Source of the DNA: an uncultured delta proteobacterium
GTDB lineage: Bacteria > Desulfobacterota > Desulfobulbia > Desulfobulbales > SURF-16
NCBI GenBank assembly: GCA_963729825.1
Contig: CAVSQR010000043.1
Span: forward strand, 1,732-65,731
Direction: 5' to 3'
DNA: 64,000 nucleotides
Part shown: positions 9,694 to 21,239 of the stretch, in pieces
Position numbering within the stretch: position 1 is the first letter of the stretch
How the letters are laid out: each line of letters begins with the position of its first letter
Program-made: the position numbers and the translations under genes
The notes under the pieces: model-generated
Databases searched by the model: none
What the model saw: only the letters and a program-made list of their open reading frames with translations
Told to the model about the DNA's origin: nothing

Positions 9694-10279
9694 ATGAAGC
9701 TGACGATCACACATCAGGAAAAGTACTCTCGCGGCCAGCTGATCCTGCGGACCCTGTTCGGGGTGATCTACATCGGCATCCCGCACTTCTTCCTCATCGG
9801 CATCATTCAGATCTGGTCGGCCATTCTCTCGTTCATCACGTTCTGGATCGTGCTGTTCACCGCCAAGTTCCCCGAGAGCATCTTCAATTTCCAGATCGGC
9901 TTCCAGAACTGGGCCCTCCGGGTTGAGGCGGTGCTCGGAAACCTCGTCGACGGCTACCCCGCCTTCTTCCCCGGGCGGAACGAGCGACACGGTGAAGCTC
10001 GAGGTGCCCCGGCCGGACACGGTCAGCCGCGGCCTGGTGATCCTGCGCCTTCTGTTCGGCGCCATCTACGTCGGCATTCCTCACGGCTTCTGCCTGATCT
10101 TCCGCCAGATCGCCACGGGCGTCCTCGGCTTCCTGGCCTGGTTTGCCATCCTCTTCGCCGGCAAGTATCCCGCGCGCTGGCACGCGTTCAACGTCGGCAC
10201 CTATCGCTGGATCACCCGCGTCAGCCTGTACCTCGGCTATTTCACGGACGAGTATCCGAAGTTCTCCGGCAAGGAGTGA
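9694..10279 (+). CDS. DUF4389 membrane protein (two internal repeats), frameshift near 9975
   Basis: Repeated SRG..ILR.LFG.IY.GIPH...W...LF..K.P......YP.F unit across the ORFs at 9574 and 9923; GAGGA RBS. Confidence 0.75.
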
Positions 10280-10403
10280 TTCCCGGGTTCGTCACGATCG
10301 ACTGATTTCGCGACTGATCCCGACCGACTGACCCGCGGGGGCTCACCCGAGCCCTTGCGGGTTTCTTGTCCCGCCGCTATCCTCAGCCACGAGGAGTGAA
10401 CCC

Positions 10404-10925
10404 ATGAGCTCAGATGTCGTCTCCCCGACGGTGCGCGCTGCCCCAGCCGAGCGAGATTCCCGAGCGGGAGAAAGAGGACGCCATGGGCGCGTACCTCATG
10501 ATGTTCGCCTCTCTGGCCATCGGGCTTCCCATCCCTCTCCTGAACCTCGTCGCCTCGGTGATCTACTTCTTCGTGAACCGCAAGAACGGCCCGTTCGTCG
10601 CCTTCCATGCCCTGCAGGCGCTGCTCACCCACGTGCCCGGTGGTGCTGCTGAACGCCGGGGTGGTCGGGTGGCTCATCGGGATCCTCGTCACGCCTCCGC
10701 ATGACGTCTTCACCCCCGCCTTCTTCTGGTACCTGTTCTTCACCGTCCTGGTGAACCTGGCCTACATCATCTGGTCCATCGTGGCGCTCGTGCACGCGCG
10801 CAAGGGACAGTTCTTCTACATGCCGCTGATCGGGCGGCTGTGCTTCGCACGCTACTACGGGCCGAAGGCCGGGCGCGCGCAGGCCGCGCAGACGCTGGGA
10901 GAACCAGCCCCCGGAGGGCTTTTGA
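10404..10925 (+). CDS. DUF4870 (Tic20-like) membrane protein, frameshifted
   Basis: EREKEDAMGAYLMMFA...FVAFHALQAL...ALVHARKGQFFYMPLIG, ending WENQPPEGF*. Confidence 0.7.
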
Positions 10926-11775
10926 GCCGGAGCATCCGCCACGGCCCGCGAGCCCGGGCGTCGTTGCCGTCGGCCGCGGTCCTGCCGCTGCGTGCTTCGC
11001 GCGGCCGGCATTCGCCGCCGCAGCGTCCTCGCTTCGTCGCCCTCGGCGCAGCGGCTGCTCGTGCCGAAGGCTCCGCGGTGACCTCGCGGCGAAGCTGGAC
11101 AGCGGCCTGGGCTCGCTCATGCAGGAGCAGATCCGGGCCACGCGGAAGGTGGTCGACGATCCCGCCGCGTCACGACGGCCTTGCCCTCATCGTCAAGCGG
11201 CTCCGCGCCGCGCTGCCCGAGCCGCAGGCCCGAGCTTCGAGGTGATGATCGTGCAGTCCCCCGAGATCAACGCCTTCACGCTGCCCGGGGACACCATCTG
11301 CGTGGACACGGGGCTGATCCGCGCCCTGCACTCCGCGGAGGAGATGGCCGGCGTGCTCGGCCACGAGCTGTCGCACGCGGTGAACCGCGATCCGCTGACG
11401 ATGCTCGCGCGCAACCTCGGGATGGCGGCGCTGCTCAACGTGATCTCGGGCGGCCAGGGCGGCGCGGTGCTCGCGAACATGGCCCAGACCCTGGTGAACG
11501 TGCACTACGGCCGGGAGGCGGAGGACCGGGCGGACGCCTTCTCCGTGCGACCTGCTCGCCCGCGCGGGAATCCCCCCGAGGCCTTCGCGGAGGCGCTGGC
11601 GCGCATCAGGGACACGGCGCGCGAAGGAGCCCGGGCTGCTGAAGTACCTCGATCCGCATTCTCCCATCGACCAGCGGATCGCGCGGGCCCGGGAGCAGGC
11701 GCGCAAGCAGACGGTCTCCCCGCGGCCGCTCGGGTCGACTGGGCAGCGCTGGTCAAGGCACTGCCCGGGAAATGA
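10922..11775 (+). CDS. M48 family metallopeptidase, frameshifted
   Basis: INAFTLPG, EMAGVLGHELSH (HExxH) and YGREAEDRAD motifs. Confidence 0.8.
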
Positions 11776-14700
11776 CGGCAGGCCGCCCGCGACCGCGACC
11801 GGCAGCCGGCCCGACGGCGCCCTTGCGCTCTTCCACCCCCTCATCCGCGCGTGGTTTCTCTCGTCCGTGGGCACGCCCACCGAGGTGCAGGCAGCGCGCG
11901 TGGCCGGTGATCGCGCGCGGCGCGCACGTGCTGGTCTCCGCGCCCACGGGCACCGGGCAAGACGCTCGCCGCGTTCCTCTGGGGCATCAACCAGCTTGCC
12001 ACCGGGCGCCCTGGCCGCCGGGCAAGGTGCGCATCCTCTACGTCTCGCCCGCTGAAGGCGCTGAACAACGACATCCAGCGCAACCTCCTCGCGCCCCTGG
12101 CAGCAGCTGGCCGACGGTCTTCCGCGAGGCGGGGCAGGCGCTGCCCCGCGATCCGCGTGCTCACGCGCAGCGGCGACACCCCGTCCGCGCGAGCGGCAGC
12201 GGATGCTGCGCCACCCGCCCGAGATCCTCATCACCACGCCGGAGAGCCTCAACCTCATCCTCTCCTCGCCGAACAGCCGCCTGATGCTGGACGGGGTGGC
12301 CGCCGTGATCCTCGACGAGATCCACGCCGTGGCCGGCCACCAAGCGCGGCACGCACCTGGTGACCGCGGTGGACCGGCTGGTGCGGCTGGCCGGGGAGTT
12401 CCAGCGCATCGCGCTCTCGGCCACGGTGAAGCCGCTCTCCGTCGATGGCGGACCTCGTGGGCGGCTTCACGATGGAGACCGCGTCGCGCGGCGGGCGGGC
12501 GAGCCGGTGTACCGCAAGCGGCCGCGTGCAGATCGTGCACTGCCCCATGACCAAGGACTACGAGCTCCGCGATCGAGTTTCCCGGCGGCGGAGGGCGCCG
12601 TCGGCAGCCCGGCGCGGTCGCGGCCGCGGCGCCGCCCCGGCGACGAGCCGGTGTTCGACGCCCTGGCCCGGGAATGCCGGCGAGATCATCGCGGAGAACC
12701 GCTCGACGCTCTTCTTCGTGAACTCCCGCCGCCACGCGGAGAAGCTCGCCCGGTTCATCAACGAGGGCCAGCCGGAGCCGCTGGCCTGGTCGCACCACGG
12801 CTCGCTCTCCCGGGAGCTGCGCCTGGTGGTGGAGCAGCGGCTGAAGCGCGGGGAGCTGAAGGCCATCGTGGCCACCAGCTCCCTGGAGCTGGGCATCGAC
12901 ATCGGCGCGCTGGACCAGGTCATCCTCGTGCAGACGCCCTTCACCGTGGCCTCCGCCGTCCAGCGCCTCGGCCGGGCCGGCCACCGGGTGGGCGAGCCCA
13001 GCCGCGGGCGTGCTCTTCCCGCTGCACGGCAAGGACATCGTGGACGCGGCGGTCACGGCGCGCTGCGTGCGGGAGCAGGACATCGACGAGATCGCGCCCG
13101 TGATCTGCCCGCTGGACGTGCTGGCGCAGGTCATCGTCTCCATGACGTCCGTGGAGACGTGGAAGGCGGACGAGCTGTACGACTTCATCCGCGCCGGCTT
13201 CCCCTTCCACGACGCTGCCCCGCCGGCAGTTCGACCTCGTGCTGGACATGCTCGCCGGCCGCTACGAGGAGACGCGGCTGCGCGACCTCGCGCCCATGAT
13301 CTCCTACGACCGGCTGGACTCCACGGTGCGCGCGAAGGAGGGCGCGCGGCTGCGCCTGGCCACGAGCGGCGGGCACCATCCCCGACCGCGGCTACTTCAG
13401 CCTGCGCACCGCGGACTCCAAGGCGCTCATCGGCGAGCTGGACGAGGAGTTCGTCTGGGAGCGCTCCCTGGGGGACACGTTCGTGTTCGGCACCCAGGGC
13501 TGGCGGATCCAGAAGATCGACCACCAGAACGTGGAGGTCGTGCCCGTGGCAGCCGCGGATCGGCATGTCCCCGTTCTGGAAGGCGGAGGAGCGCAACCGG
13601 GACTTCCACCTCTCGGACCGGATCGCCCGCGCGCTGGAGGAATGGAACGGCAGGCTGGCGGAGCCGGGCTTCCCGGCCGCGCTGGCAGAGTCGCTACGGG
13701 CTGGAGCCCGCCGCGGCCGCGGCGCGATGATCGGGTTCCTGGCCCGGCAGCGCGAGGCCACCGGCGCCGATCTTCCCCATCGCCACCACCTCCTGGTGGA
13801 GCACACCCGGGATCCCGACGGCAAGGCGGAAGGGCGCGAACGTCGTCCTCCACACCCTGTGGGGCGGCGCGGGTGAACCGGCCCTTCGGCCTCGCGCTCT
13901 CCGCCGCGTGGGAGGAGCGCTACGGGTACCGGCCCGAGATGTTCCAGACCAACGACGCCGATCCTGCTCTTCCTTCCCGAGGACGCGTCGCGCCGCGGAG
14001 ATCCTGTCCCTCGTGGACGCCGGCGAGCCTGGAGCGGCTCCTGCGCGCGCAGCCTGGAAGGCAGCGGGTTCTTCGGCGCGCGGTTCCGCGAGAGCGCGGG
14101 CCGGGCGCTCCTGCTCCCGCGCGCCTCGGCGCGAAGAGCGCACGCCGCTGTGGCTCACGCGGCAGCGCGCCAAGTCCCTGTTCGCCGCGGTGTCGCGGTT
14201 ACGACGACTTCCCGCTGCTCCTGGAGGCGTGGCGCACCTGCCTGCGGGACGAGTTCGACCTCGCCCACCTCGCGCATGCTCCTGGACGAGCTGCGGCGCG
14301 GGGCCATCCGCGTGGGCGAGGTCTCCACGCCCGCCCCTTCCCCGTTCTGCGGGGAGCTGGTGTGGAAGCAGACGAACACCCTGATGTACGCGGACGACAC
14401 TCCGCCGGGCCGCACGCGGGACCAGCCTGCGCGCCGACCTCGTGCGGGAGCTCGCGCTCTCCGCCGACGCTGCGGCCCGCGCATCGACCGCCGGCGCTGG
14501 CCGCGGAGCTTCCAGGCGAAGCTCCAGCGGACCGCGGAGGGCTACGCGCCGCGCGACTCGCGCGAGCTGCTGGACTGGGTGAAGGAGAGGGTGCTCCTGC
14601 CCGCGGCGGAGTGGGAAGCGCTGCTGGATGCCTGCGCGCGTGACTCCGGGCTGGGCCGGGAGGAGCTGCTGGCGCCGCTCGCCGGCAAGATCGTGGAGCT

Positions 14701-15134
14701 CACGCTGGGTGAAAGCCGCGGCATGGCGGCCGCCGAGTCGCTGCCGCGGTGCTACGCCGGGGGACCGAGGGCGGGGACGAGGAAACGCTGGAGGGCTGCT
14801 CACCGAGTGGCTGCGCTTCTACGGACCGATCGAGCCGGCGTTCGTGCCCGCGCACGTTCGGGCTCGCCCCGGATCTCCTGGACGCGATTCTGGAGGACCT
14901 GGCCGAGGAGGAGCAGGTGGTGATGGACCGGCTCGCGGCAGACACGGACACGCTCCTGGTCTGCGACCGGGAGAACCTCGAGATCCTGCTTCGGATTTCC
15001 CGGGCCCGATCGCGCCCGACGGTCCGCACGCAGCCCGTCGCGCGGCTGCCGCTGCATGTCGCGCGGCGGCAGGGGCTCCTCCGCCGCGGCTCGTCGGCGG
15101 AGGACATGAAGACGGTCTGGGAGAACCTCTTCGG
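11772..15134 (+). CDS. lhr: Lhr-like SF2 DEAD/DEAH helicase, heavily frameshifted and 3'-truncated at junction
   Basis: APTGTGK, ILITTPESL, VILDEIHA, IALSAT, HHGSLSRE.R..VE..LKRGEL, ATSSLELGIDIG, QRLGRAGH, PLDVLAQ and IGELDEEFV motifs spread over several frames. Confidence 0.85.
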
Positions 15135-15788
15135 TAGGCGGAGATGTGGTCTATGGTCGGCTTCTGGGTGCAACCGCCGGGAAATATTCCGGTTGCGTGG
15201 GGAAATTTGCCGCCAAAGATCGCTGATGCCCGATTAGCCTTTTTCTGCATCTCCATGGCCTCGATATAGTGCTTGAGCGCTCCTATATTGAGGTCATCGT
15301 CCTTTATGTATTGACCTTCAAGACGGGGTAGAAACGGGGCGCCTGGAAAGGCCTTTTTCGAGGCCAATTCCGCCTTTACCCACTCCCTCACCTGGACGAG
15401 TTCAGGGTCCGATCCTTTGTAGTTGGCAATGGCGGTAATATCGACGAAGTCGAGGGCTGAGAGCTGATAGAAATGCAGCAGGTAGTCGAAGAGATGGTTG
15501 GCCCCCTGAATCAGGTTGTGCAGGATGCGGCCATTGGCGGGGGCAGTGATGCCGTAGGCGATTTCCTGGGCATAGGAGGAGGCGATGGCATGGGCATAGG
15601 GGCAAACTCCGCAGATTCTTTGGGTGATCTGCTGGGCATCGAGGGGATCACGGCCTCTCAGGATCACCTCAAATCCCCTAAACATCTCTCCGACGCATTG
15701 GGCATCCACAACGATATTGTCGGTGACGGTCGTTTTGACATTGAGGTGACCTTCAATGCGGGACAAGGGGCCAAGTTCAATTTTCATG
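15135..15788 (-). CDS. [NiFe] or [NiFeSe] hydrogenase large subunit, N-terminal ~215 aa (truncated at junction)
   Basis: MKIELGPLSRIEGH, MFRGFEVILRGRDP, L1 motif QRICGVCPYAH, LHFYQLSALDFV and IFGGKFPH. Confidence 0.9.
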
Positions 15789-15938
15789 ATACAGCCTGTT
15801 CTGGATGGTTTAATGAGCCGGGGGTAAGAATGCAAAAAAAAGGCTAGACAAAAATAGCAGTAAGCCGTTGTAAAAAAATAACATGGCCAGAGAAATGCGC
15901 GGAACGGCACTCTTTTCAGTACCCCCTTGAGGGGTATA

Positions 15939-15990
15939 AGGAGCCGTAACGAAATTGAAAAAATGGCCAAGTTATTTCGTAACGGCTCCT
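15939..15990. repeat. Palindromic REP-like element (family shared with 28306-28354)
   Basis: AGGAGCCGTAACGAAAT...ATTTCGTAACGGCTCCT is an inverted repeat with one mismatch. Confidence 0.7.
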
Positions 15991-16234
15991 AATTCCAGAG
16001 CTCCTGATGGGGAAGTTGCGAAACTCATGAGGCTTGCTGAAGAGGCCGCTAATACGGAAATTACTGACGGAATGAGGTTGCTCTGTTACGAAAAACAACC
16101 GTTCACCTCCAACAGATTCCTTGAATAGGCTATAATTTTTTATATGGGGATGTCAAACCATTTTATGGCAAGTATTCAGCAAAGTAGCCGGCCCACGCCC
16201 AGACAGAGGTATTCACCAGGTGCTGGCGGAAAGT

Positions 16235-18385
16235 TCAGGAACGCACGATAGCGCCGTCCTGCAACTTGAAGAGAGAAGGCCCCATATCCCGGGGCGCTGT
16301 GAATTGCTGCCCGCCGATGTGAATCTCGCTGCCCTGGAAAACCCCCTGCGTCACCTCAATACGGGCATTCTGTAAAGCAAGGTCAATGCGGCTGCGTAAC
16401 TGGTCGATTGTCTCGGCAAGAGTTTTTCTGTGCTTGATCAGCTTGTTCAGATCGGTCAACAGCAGGATAACGTTTTCCCTTTTGGCGGCGGGGATGCGGG
16501 CCAGGGTCGCCTTTATCTGCGCGGCATCGAACGAATCAAAGGGCAGGCTGCGGGAGATCTTGGTGATATTACGGGTGCAGGCCTGGAGCTGTTCTTCCAG
16601 TTTTTTCAAGCCGGCCGTGACCTCCGGATCAGTGCGCACGGCGACAATCGTCCCCGGGTTGCCGGGGCTGCCGATGGTGCTCAACCTGATCCCTTTCCCT
16701 GAACAGATGACGCCGCCCGCCGCCCTGCCGCTTTTTTGGCCCTGCTCCCTGAGGACGGTGATGCTGCCGCTGGCGATGAGCATGCAGTTAAAGAGGTAGC
16801 TGCCGATGGTCACATCCCCCTTGACGATCACCTCCGCGTCCTGGATATAGCCCGCCCGGAGATTGCCGCGGCTGACTACTTTGCAGTTAGCGCCGATGAT
16901 TCCTTTATCCACGGTCAGGTTTCCCATGGCAATGACGGTGGCCCCGTTCTCGACGGCGCCCAGGATGGCGATGTCCCCTTCGGATTTGACGGTAAAGCCG
17001 TTGAGGACCGATCCTTTAAGCAACAAGTCGGTTTTTACGTTTATATTTCCAGTAGAATAGTCAATATCGCCGGCCATTTCGAATATGTCCTGAACGGCAA
17101 GAATGTTTCTGCTGAATTTGACGTTGCCGTTTTTTTCGGCAAAATAGAGGATGGCATCATTTTTCTCTTCAACCCTGACCCCTTGGCCGATGTTGATTTT
17201 TTTGTCAACCCCCGGGGTAGCTTTGATGGTCTTGCCGAAAAGCGTGCAGCCCTCGACCCCTTTGGTGGCCAGATTCTTTTCCGCAATGAGGGTGCCGGCG
17301 GAAACGCTGACCACGGCGTTTCGCTCCCGCAGGTCCAGGGAACCGTTACTGCGCAGCGCGCCCGCTTTTTTTGCCGCATCAAAGGAAAGAGAAAAGGTTG
17401 CGGACTGCCCATGCCGGGGCTGCACTGTTTCGGCCAGTTTGACCGTGCGGGGAAGAGTGAGGCCCGCGGCCATCTGTGCCACCATGTTTTCAATGGCGGC
17501 ATTATCGATACATTTTTCATGGATACCCGCCTGCAGCAGCATCTCTCTTACCACGATGGTGGTGGGGTATCTGCAGGGAGCAAGCTGGGGCAGAAAGATA
17601 TAATAGGCGGTGGTCCGGTCGGGGGTTATCCACAGAGGAGGGAGAACGGACAGGGTGTCCTGGGCAACGAGAAAGTAGCCATATGCCGTTGCCTCGTAGC
17701 TCCAGCCTTTTACATTAAATACTACATTGTCACCGACTTTAGGCAAGGGATCGGCGATACATTCGATTTCCCGGCCGAAAACGTCCCGGCCGGGTTGGGC
17801 ATTGGGGTTTTCCTTTACTTCCAGCAGCACCTCTCCGGCATTCACCGCCTTGACCATCACAGCGGCGGCATGAACGGAGATCAGGTCGGCTGCGGAAAAC
17901 AGGTTCTGCAGCCCGGCGCAGCCGAGTTCTGCCGCAGCCTGGTGTATGGAATGCCGTGCTCCAGGTCTGTCTTTTAAAAAGGGGAAGGTGATCCTGCTTC
18001 TTATCTGCGGCGGAGTCCCGGCGGCAAGGAGAAATTTTCCCGTCTTTTCCGGTAAGCGGGAGATCTCTTCCACTTTCTGCAGGGCGCCGGGACTGATGCC
18101 GTGTATGATGCCGGACTGCTCCAGGACCAGCTTGATCTGCGGCGTCGTAATCGGCTCGCCGCCGGTCAGCACCAGGGTAACCGACATATTGTCCGGGGAG
18201 ACGAGAAGTTCCTTGCCCTGCCAGGCCTTTATCGTCTGCAGGGAGTTGGCCAGCGAGCCTTTGAGATTCTGCTGCTCCGGGACAGAGGATGTGGTTTGTT
18301 CTTCCTCGGATTTCTCGTCAAGGTCAAGAGCCTTCAGGTAGGCATCTTCAAGGGATTCGAAGGAATTTTTTTTGGCAGGGCTCAC
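16235..18385 (-). CDS. FapA (DUF342) family protein
   Basis: DLRERNAVVSV, GVEGCTLFGK and GDIDYSTGNI motifs, a beta-helix region and a C-terminal coiled coil. The N-terminal module appears duplicated. Confidence 0.85.
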   Translation of the reverse strand: MSPAKKNSFESLEDAYLKALDLDEKSEEEQTTSSVPEQQNLKGSLANSLQTIKAWQGKELLVSPDNMSVTLVLTGGEPITTPQIKLVLEQSGIIHGISPGALQKVEEISRLPEKTGKFLLAAGTPPQIRSRITFPFLKDRPGARHSIHQAAAELGCAGLQNLFSAADLISVHAAAVMVKAVNAGEVLLEVKENPNAQPGRDVFGREIECIADPLPKVGDNVVFNVKGWSYEATAYGYFLVAQDTLSVLPPLWITPDRTTAYYIFLPQLAPCRYPTTIVVREMLLQAGIHEKCIDNAAIENMVAQMAAGLTLPRTVKLAETVQPRHGQSATFSLSFDAAKKAGALRSNGSLDLRERNAVVSVSAGTLIAEKNLATKGVEGCTLFGKTIKATPGVDKKINIGQGVRVEEKNDAILYFAEKNGNVKFSRNILAVQDIFEMAGDIDYSTGNINVKTDLLLKGSVLNGFTVKSEGDIAILGAVENGATVIAMGNLTVDKGIIGANCKVVSRGNLRAGYIQDAEVIVKGDVTIGSYLFNCMLIASGSITVLREQGQKSGRAAGGVICSGKGIRLSTIGSPGNPGTIVAVRTDPEVTAGLKKLEEQLQACTRNITKISRSLPFDSFDAAQIKATLARIPAAKRENVILLLTDLNKLIKHRKTLAETIDQLRSRIDLALQNARIEVTQGVFQGSEIHIGGQQFTAPRDMGPSLFKLQDGAIVRS

Positions 18386-18439
18386 GCTGGGCTCCGGTAA
18401 TTCTGTGCAACGGATACTCTTTTCAGCCGCCCTTTGTCC

Positions 18440-19441
18440 TTATATGGCCGACAGAACATCATCAAGTGAGGCCTCGATATCATCAAAGTTTTCCTGAAAC
18501 CTGCAGTCATGAATACCGATGGCCGCCTGGTTGGCAAAACTGATGATGGTCCGGAGTTTATTTTCGTGAAAGGGTGCCTCGCCATCCTTTTTAGCGACCA
18601 GTGCCCCGAATTTTTTGCTGCCTTTACGGACCGGCACGGTAACATAGCTGTATTGCCCGATCAGGGTGGCCGGATTCCCCGGCGCGTCCATGGTCATGGC
18701 CTGCTGCACCGCCTCGGCCAGGGCCCGATGATTGTCCCCGTCCAGCCTTTCCTCAAAATTGACGGCCGCCGCAGGCGCTGGCTCCAGGCGCTCATCATCG
18801 GCTTTCAGAAAGAACGCACAGCCGGTGATATTGATAACCTCATGCACCACGGCGAGAATGGTCTGCAGCAGCTCGTCCAGGGGATGGACCTCCATCAGAT
18901 ATTGCTGTATGCGGTCCCTGCCTTCCAGTTCCCGGATAATCTGCCGCAAGGCCCTGGTCCTTTCCGCCACCTTCTGTTCAAGGGAGGCATTGAGATCAAC
19001 CAGGGCAAGGTTATTTTTCTCCAGTTCCCTGGTCAATTTTTTGTTCTGATTAATCAGGTCAAACATCAAAACCGCGTCTTTGACGGCAAGCCTTAGCTCC
19101 TCGTCGTTCCATGGTTTCAGGATATAGCGGTAGATTCCGCCCTGGTTGATCGATTCCATGGCGGCGTTGATGTCGGCATAACCGGTGAGCACCATGCGGA
19201 TGCTGTCCGGTAGAATTGTTCTGGCCCTGGTCAGAAACTCAGCCCCGCCCATGCCGGGCATGCGCTGATCAGAGATGATCACCGTCGGTTTCTCTCCGGT
19301 ATGGAGCAGATCAAGGGCCTCCTGCCCGCTGCCGGCGGTAAGGATATGGTAATTCTCATCCAGGAAAATGCGGCGTAAGGCCTTCAATATACTTTTTTCA
19401 TCATCGACAAAAAGTATGGTGTGCGTCGTGCTCTCGTTCAT
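18440..19441 (-). CDS. Response regulator: receiver, coiled coil and GAF domain
   Basis: ILFVDDE, IISDQRMPGM and YILKPW receiver motifs; C-terminal GAF (VPVRKGSKKFGALV...FANQAAIGI). Confidence 0.85.
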   Translation of the reverse strand: MNESTTHTILFVDDEKSILKALRRIFLDENYHILTAGSGQEALDLLHTGEKPTVIISDQRMPGMGGAEFLTRARTILPDSIRMVLTGYADINAAMESINQGGIYRYILKPWNDEELRLAVKDAVLMFDLINQNKKLTRELEKNNLALVDLNASLEQKVAERTRALRQIIRELEGRDRIQQYLMEVHPLDELLQTILAVVHEVINITGCAFFLKADDERLEPAPAAAVNFEERLDGDNHRALAEAVQQAMTMDAPGNPATLIGQYSYVTVPVRKGSKKFGALVAKKDGEAPFHENKLRTIISFANQAAIGIHDCRFQENFDDIEASLDDVLSAI

Positions 19442-19504
19442 GGTGAGACTCCGAAGGTATCCGAAAAGTTTTGGTTCTTGCGGTTGCTGTATGGGCGGAA
19501 TCCG

Positions 19505-20321
19505 TCAGACCGGGACCAGAAACAGGATTTTGCCCTGCTGGGAATCCGAGTCATTCATCGCCACCCCGTTGACCAGGTACGTCAGGCTGTTGATCTCCAG
19601 GCGGGTGGACATGATTTCATTGCCAACAATGGACCTGATGAAGGAACTGATGTCGTCCGGCAGGGCATCGTCCAGTCTGCAGGCCTGTCAGGGAAGCCCC
19701 TTTTGCCGCAAAAATCTGATTTGACATTCTGTTGCTCTGCACGATAAGGCCGTCCGGGTCAATGCCCAGCACGGCGGCAGGCAGGCAGTGCAGGATATTC
19801 TGGGAGAACTGCAGGACCTTGTTCTGGAACAGGATGTCGTTGGTCCGTTCCCTGACGATCTCCTCCAGATTCTGGTTGATTATGCCGAGTTCTTCGTTTG
19901 TCTCCTGCAGTTCCCTGGTCAGCCTTTGATTCTGCTCATTGAGGAAAAAGACTTCCAGCGCCTTGGCGATGGTTACCTTTAATTCATTGTCGTCCCATGG
20001 TTTGGCGATGAATTTGTATATCTGTCCCTCATTGATGGCGGCAACGATGGAGGCCGTATCCGCATAGCCGGAGAGCACGATGCGGATCGTGTCCGGCCAT
20101 TTCTCGCAGACCCTTCTGAGAAACTCCACCCCGTCCATGGCCGGCATCCGGTAATCGGAGAGGATCAGCTGCACGGGATATTCCTCTTCCAGCTTTGCCA
20201 GCCCTTCCTCTCCCGAGGCGGCGGTGATGATCTCATACTCCTCGTCAATGAAAAGCCTTCTGAGGGCGCGGAGCACATTGGGTTCATCGTCCACGCAGAG
20301 GATTTTGACCTGTTCAGTCAT
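19505..20321 (-). CDS. Response regulator: receiver, coiled coil and PAS-like domain, frameshift near 19700
   Basis: ILCVDDE, LSDYRMPAM and FIAKPW; ILHCLPAAVLGIDPDG (PAS start); the second frame ends QQGKILFLVPV*. Confidence 0.8.
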
Positions 20322-21189
20322 GGTCTTTGCCCTCCATATCCCATGCCTCAAGCAGCAGGGCGTAGCTGCTTTTTATGTTGCCGGCAATGTCATTGATCTG
20401 GCTGCGTTTGATGTTTAAGGACTGCCACACCAGCTTGGGAATTTCCTCCCTGACCGGGTTGGTGCTCTGGCCCAGACGAAGCGCCTTGGCCAGCTGGTTG
20501 CCGAGAAAAAGGGCGCGGATGAGGTCTTTTGCCTGAGGATCGAGCTTTGCCGTCTTTAACTGCGGTTCATGATGGTATTTCACCGCCTGGACAATATTGT
20601 CGGGAAATTTCCAGTTCTCAATCAGCTGGGAACCCAGGCGCTGGTGGGTGAACCCCAGCACCTCCGTTTCGGCATCAGCCTGGGGCATCTGTTTATCCCG
20701 GACCAGGACCAGGACCTTTTCGTATTCCTGCGGCATGGCATTAATGAAGGCAATTTTGCCGATATCATGCAGGATACCGAATAAAAAAACCTCCTCGCCC
20801 AGTTTTTTGTAGATGTTTTCCGTGATGATTTTAGTGGCCACGGCACTGCCGAGACTATGCAGCCAGAGCCCTTTGACATCAATGGGCGAGCCGGGGCGTT
20901 CCTTGAAAAGAGAATGGATTGATACGCTCAAAGCCAGGTTCTTGACGGTGTTGAACCCGAGAATCATTACGGCCTTGTTCAAGGTGGTCACCTGTTTCTG
21001 CAGACCATAAAAGGCGGAGTTGGCCAGACGCAAAACCTTTGCCGCCAGAGACGTGTCATCGGCGATAATCTCGCTGAGCAGTTTGGCGTTCATCCCCTCG
21101 CTCTGCATTTCCCTGTTGATTCTGCTGGCAACATCCGGCAGGGTGGGAAGATCGCCAATCTGGCTGATTAACTCCTGTATATCGTTCAT
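20314..21189 (-). CDS. HDOD domain protein
   Basis: LPTLPDV, LAAKVLRLANSAFYG, GILHDIGK, GFTHQRLG and HHEP motifs. Confidence 0.92.
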   Translation of the reverse strand: MNDIQELISQIGDLPTLPDVASRINREMQSEGMNAKLLSEIIADDTSLAAKVLRLANSAFYGLQKQVTTLNKAVMILGFNTVKNLALSVSIHSLFKERPGSPIDVKGLWLHSLGSAVATKIITENIYKKLGEEVFLFGILHDIGKIAFINAMPQEYEKVLVLVRDKQMPQADAETEVLGFTHQRLGSQLIENWKFPDNIVQAVKYHHEPQLKTAKLDPQAKDLIRALFLGNQLAKALRLGQSTNPVREEIPKLVWQSLNIKRSQINDIAGNIKSSYALLLEAWDMEGKDHD

Positions 21190-21239
21190 TATTTCTCTTA
21201 GGTCTTTATTGTTCCGTCAGCACACCAAGGCTAGGACAA

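Noticed and set aside
11170-13824. 884-aa minus-strand ORF, and other long antisense ORFs such as 16736-17977, 21345-22706 and 44842-46002
   Set aside because: Shadow ORFs opposite well-supported genes in GC-rich DNA, with no recognisable motifs.
11772-15134. Many frameshifts in the Lhr-like gene as programmed frameshifting or pseudogenisation
   Set aside because: Single-base indels occur throughout the window, including in housekeeping mqn and arn genes, with no accumulation of in-frame stops. Sequencing error is the simpler explanation.
15789-15940. Sigma54 promoter for the hydrogenase
   Set aside because: No correctly spaced GG-N10-GC with the TGGCAC/TTGC context was found.
14819-15970. 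Novel hydrogenase fusion with a Pro/Arg-rich C-terminus
   Set aside because: The tail is the antisense of the helicase fragment across a junction.
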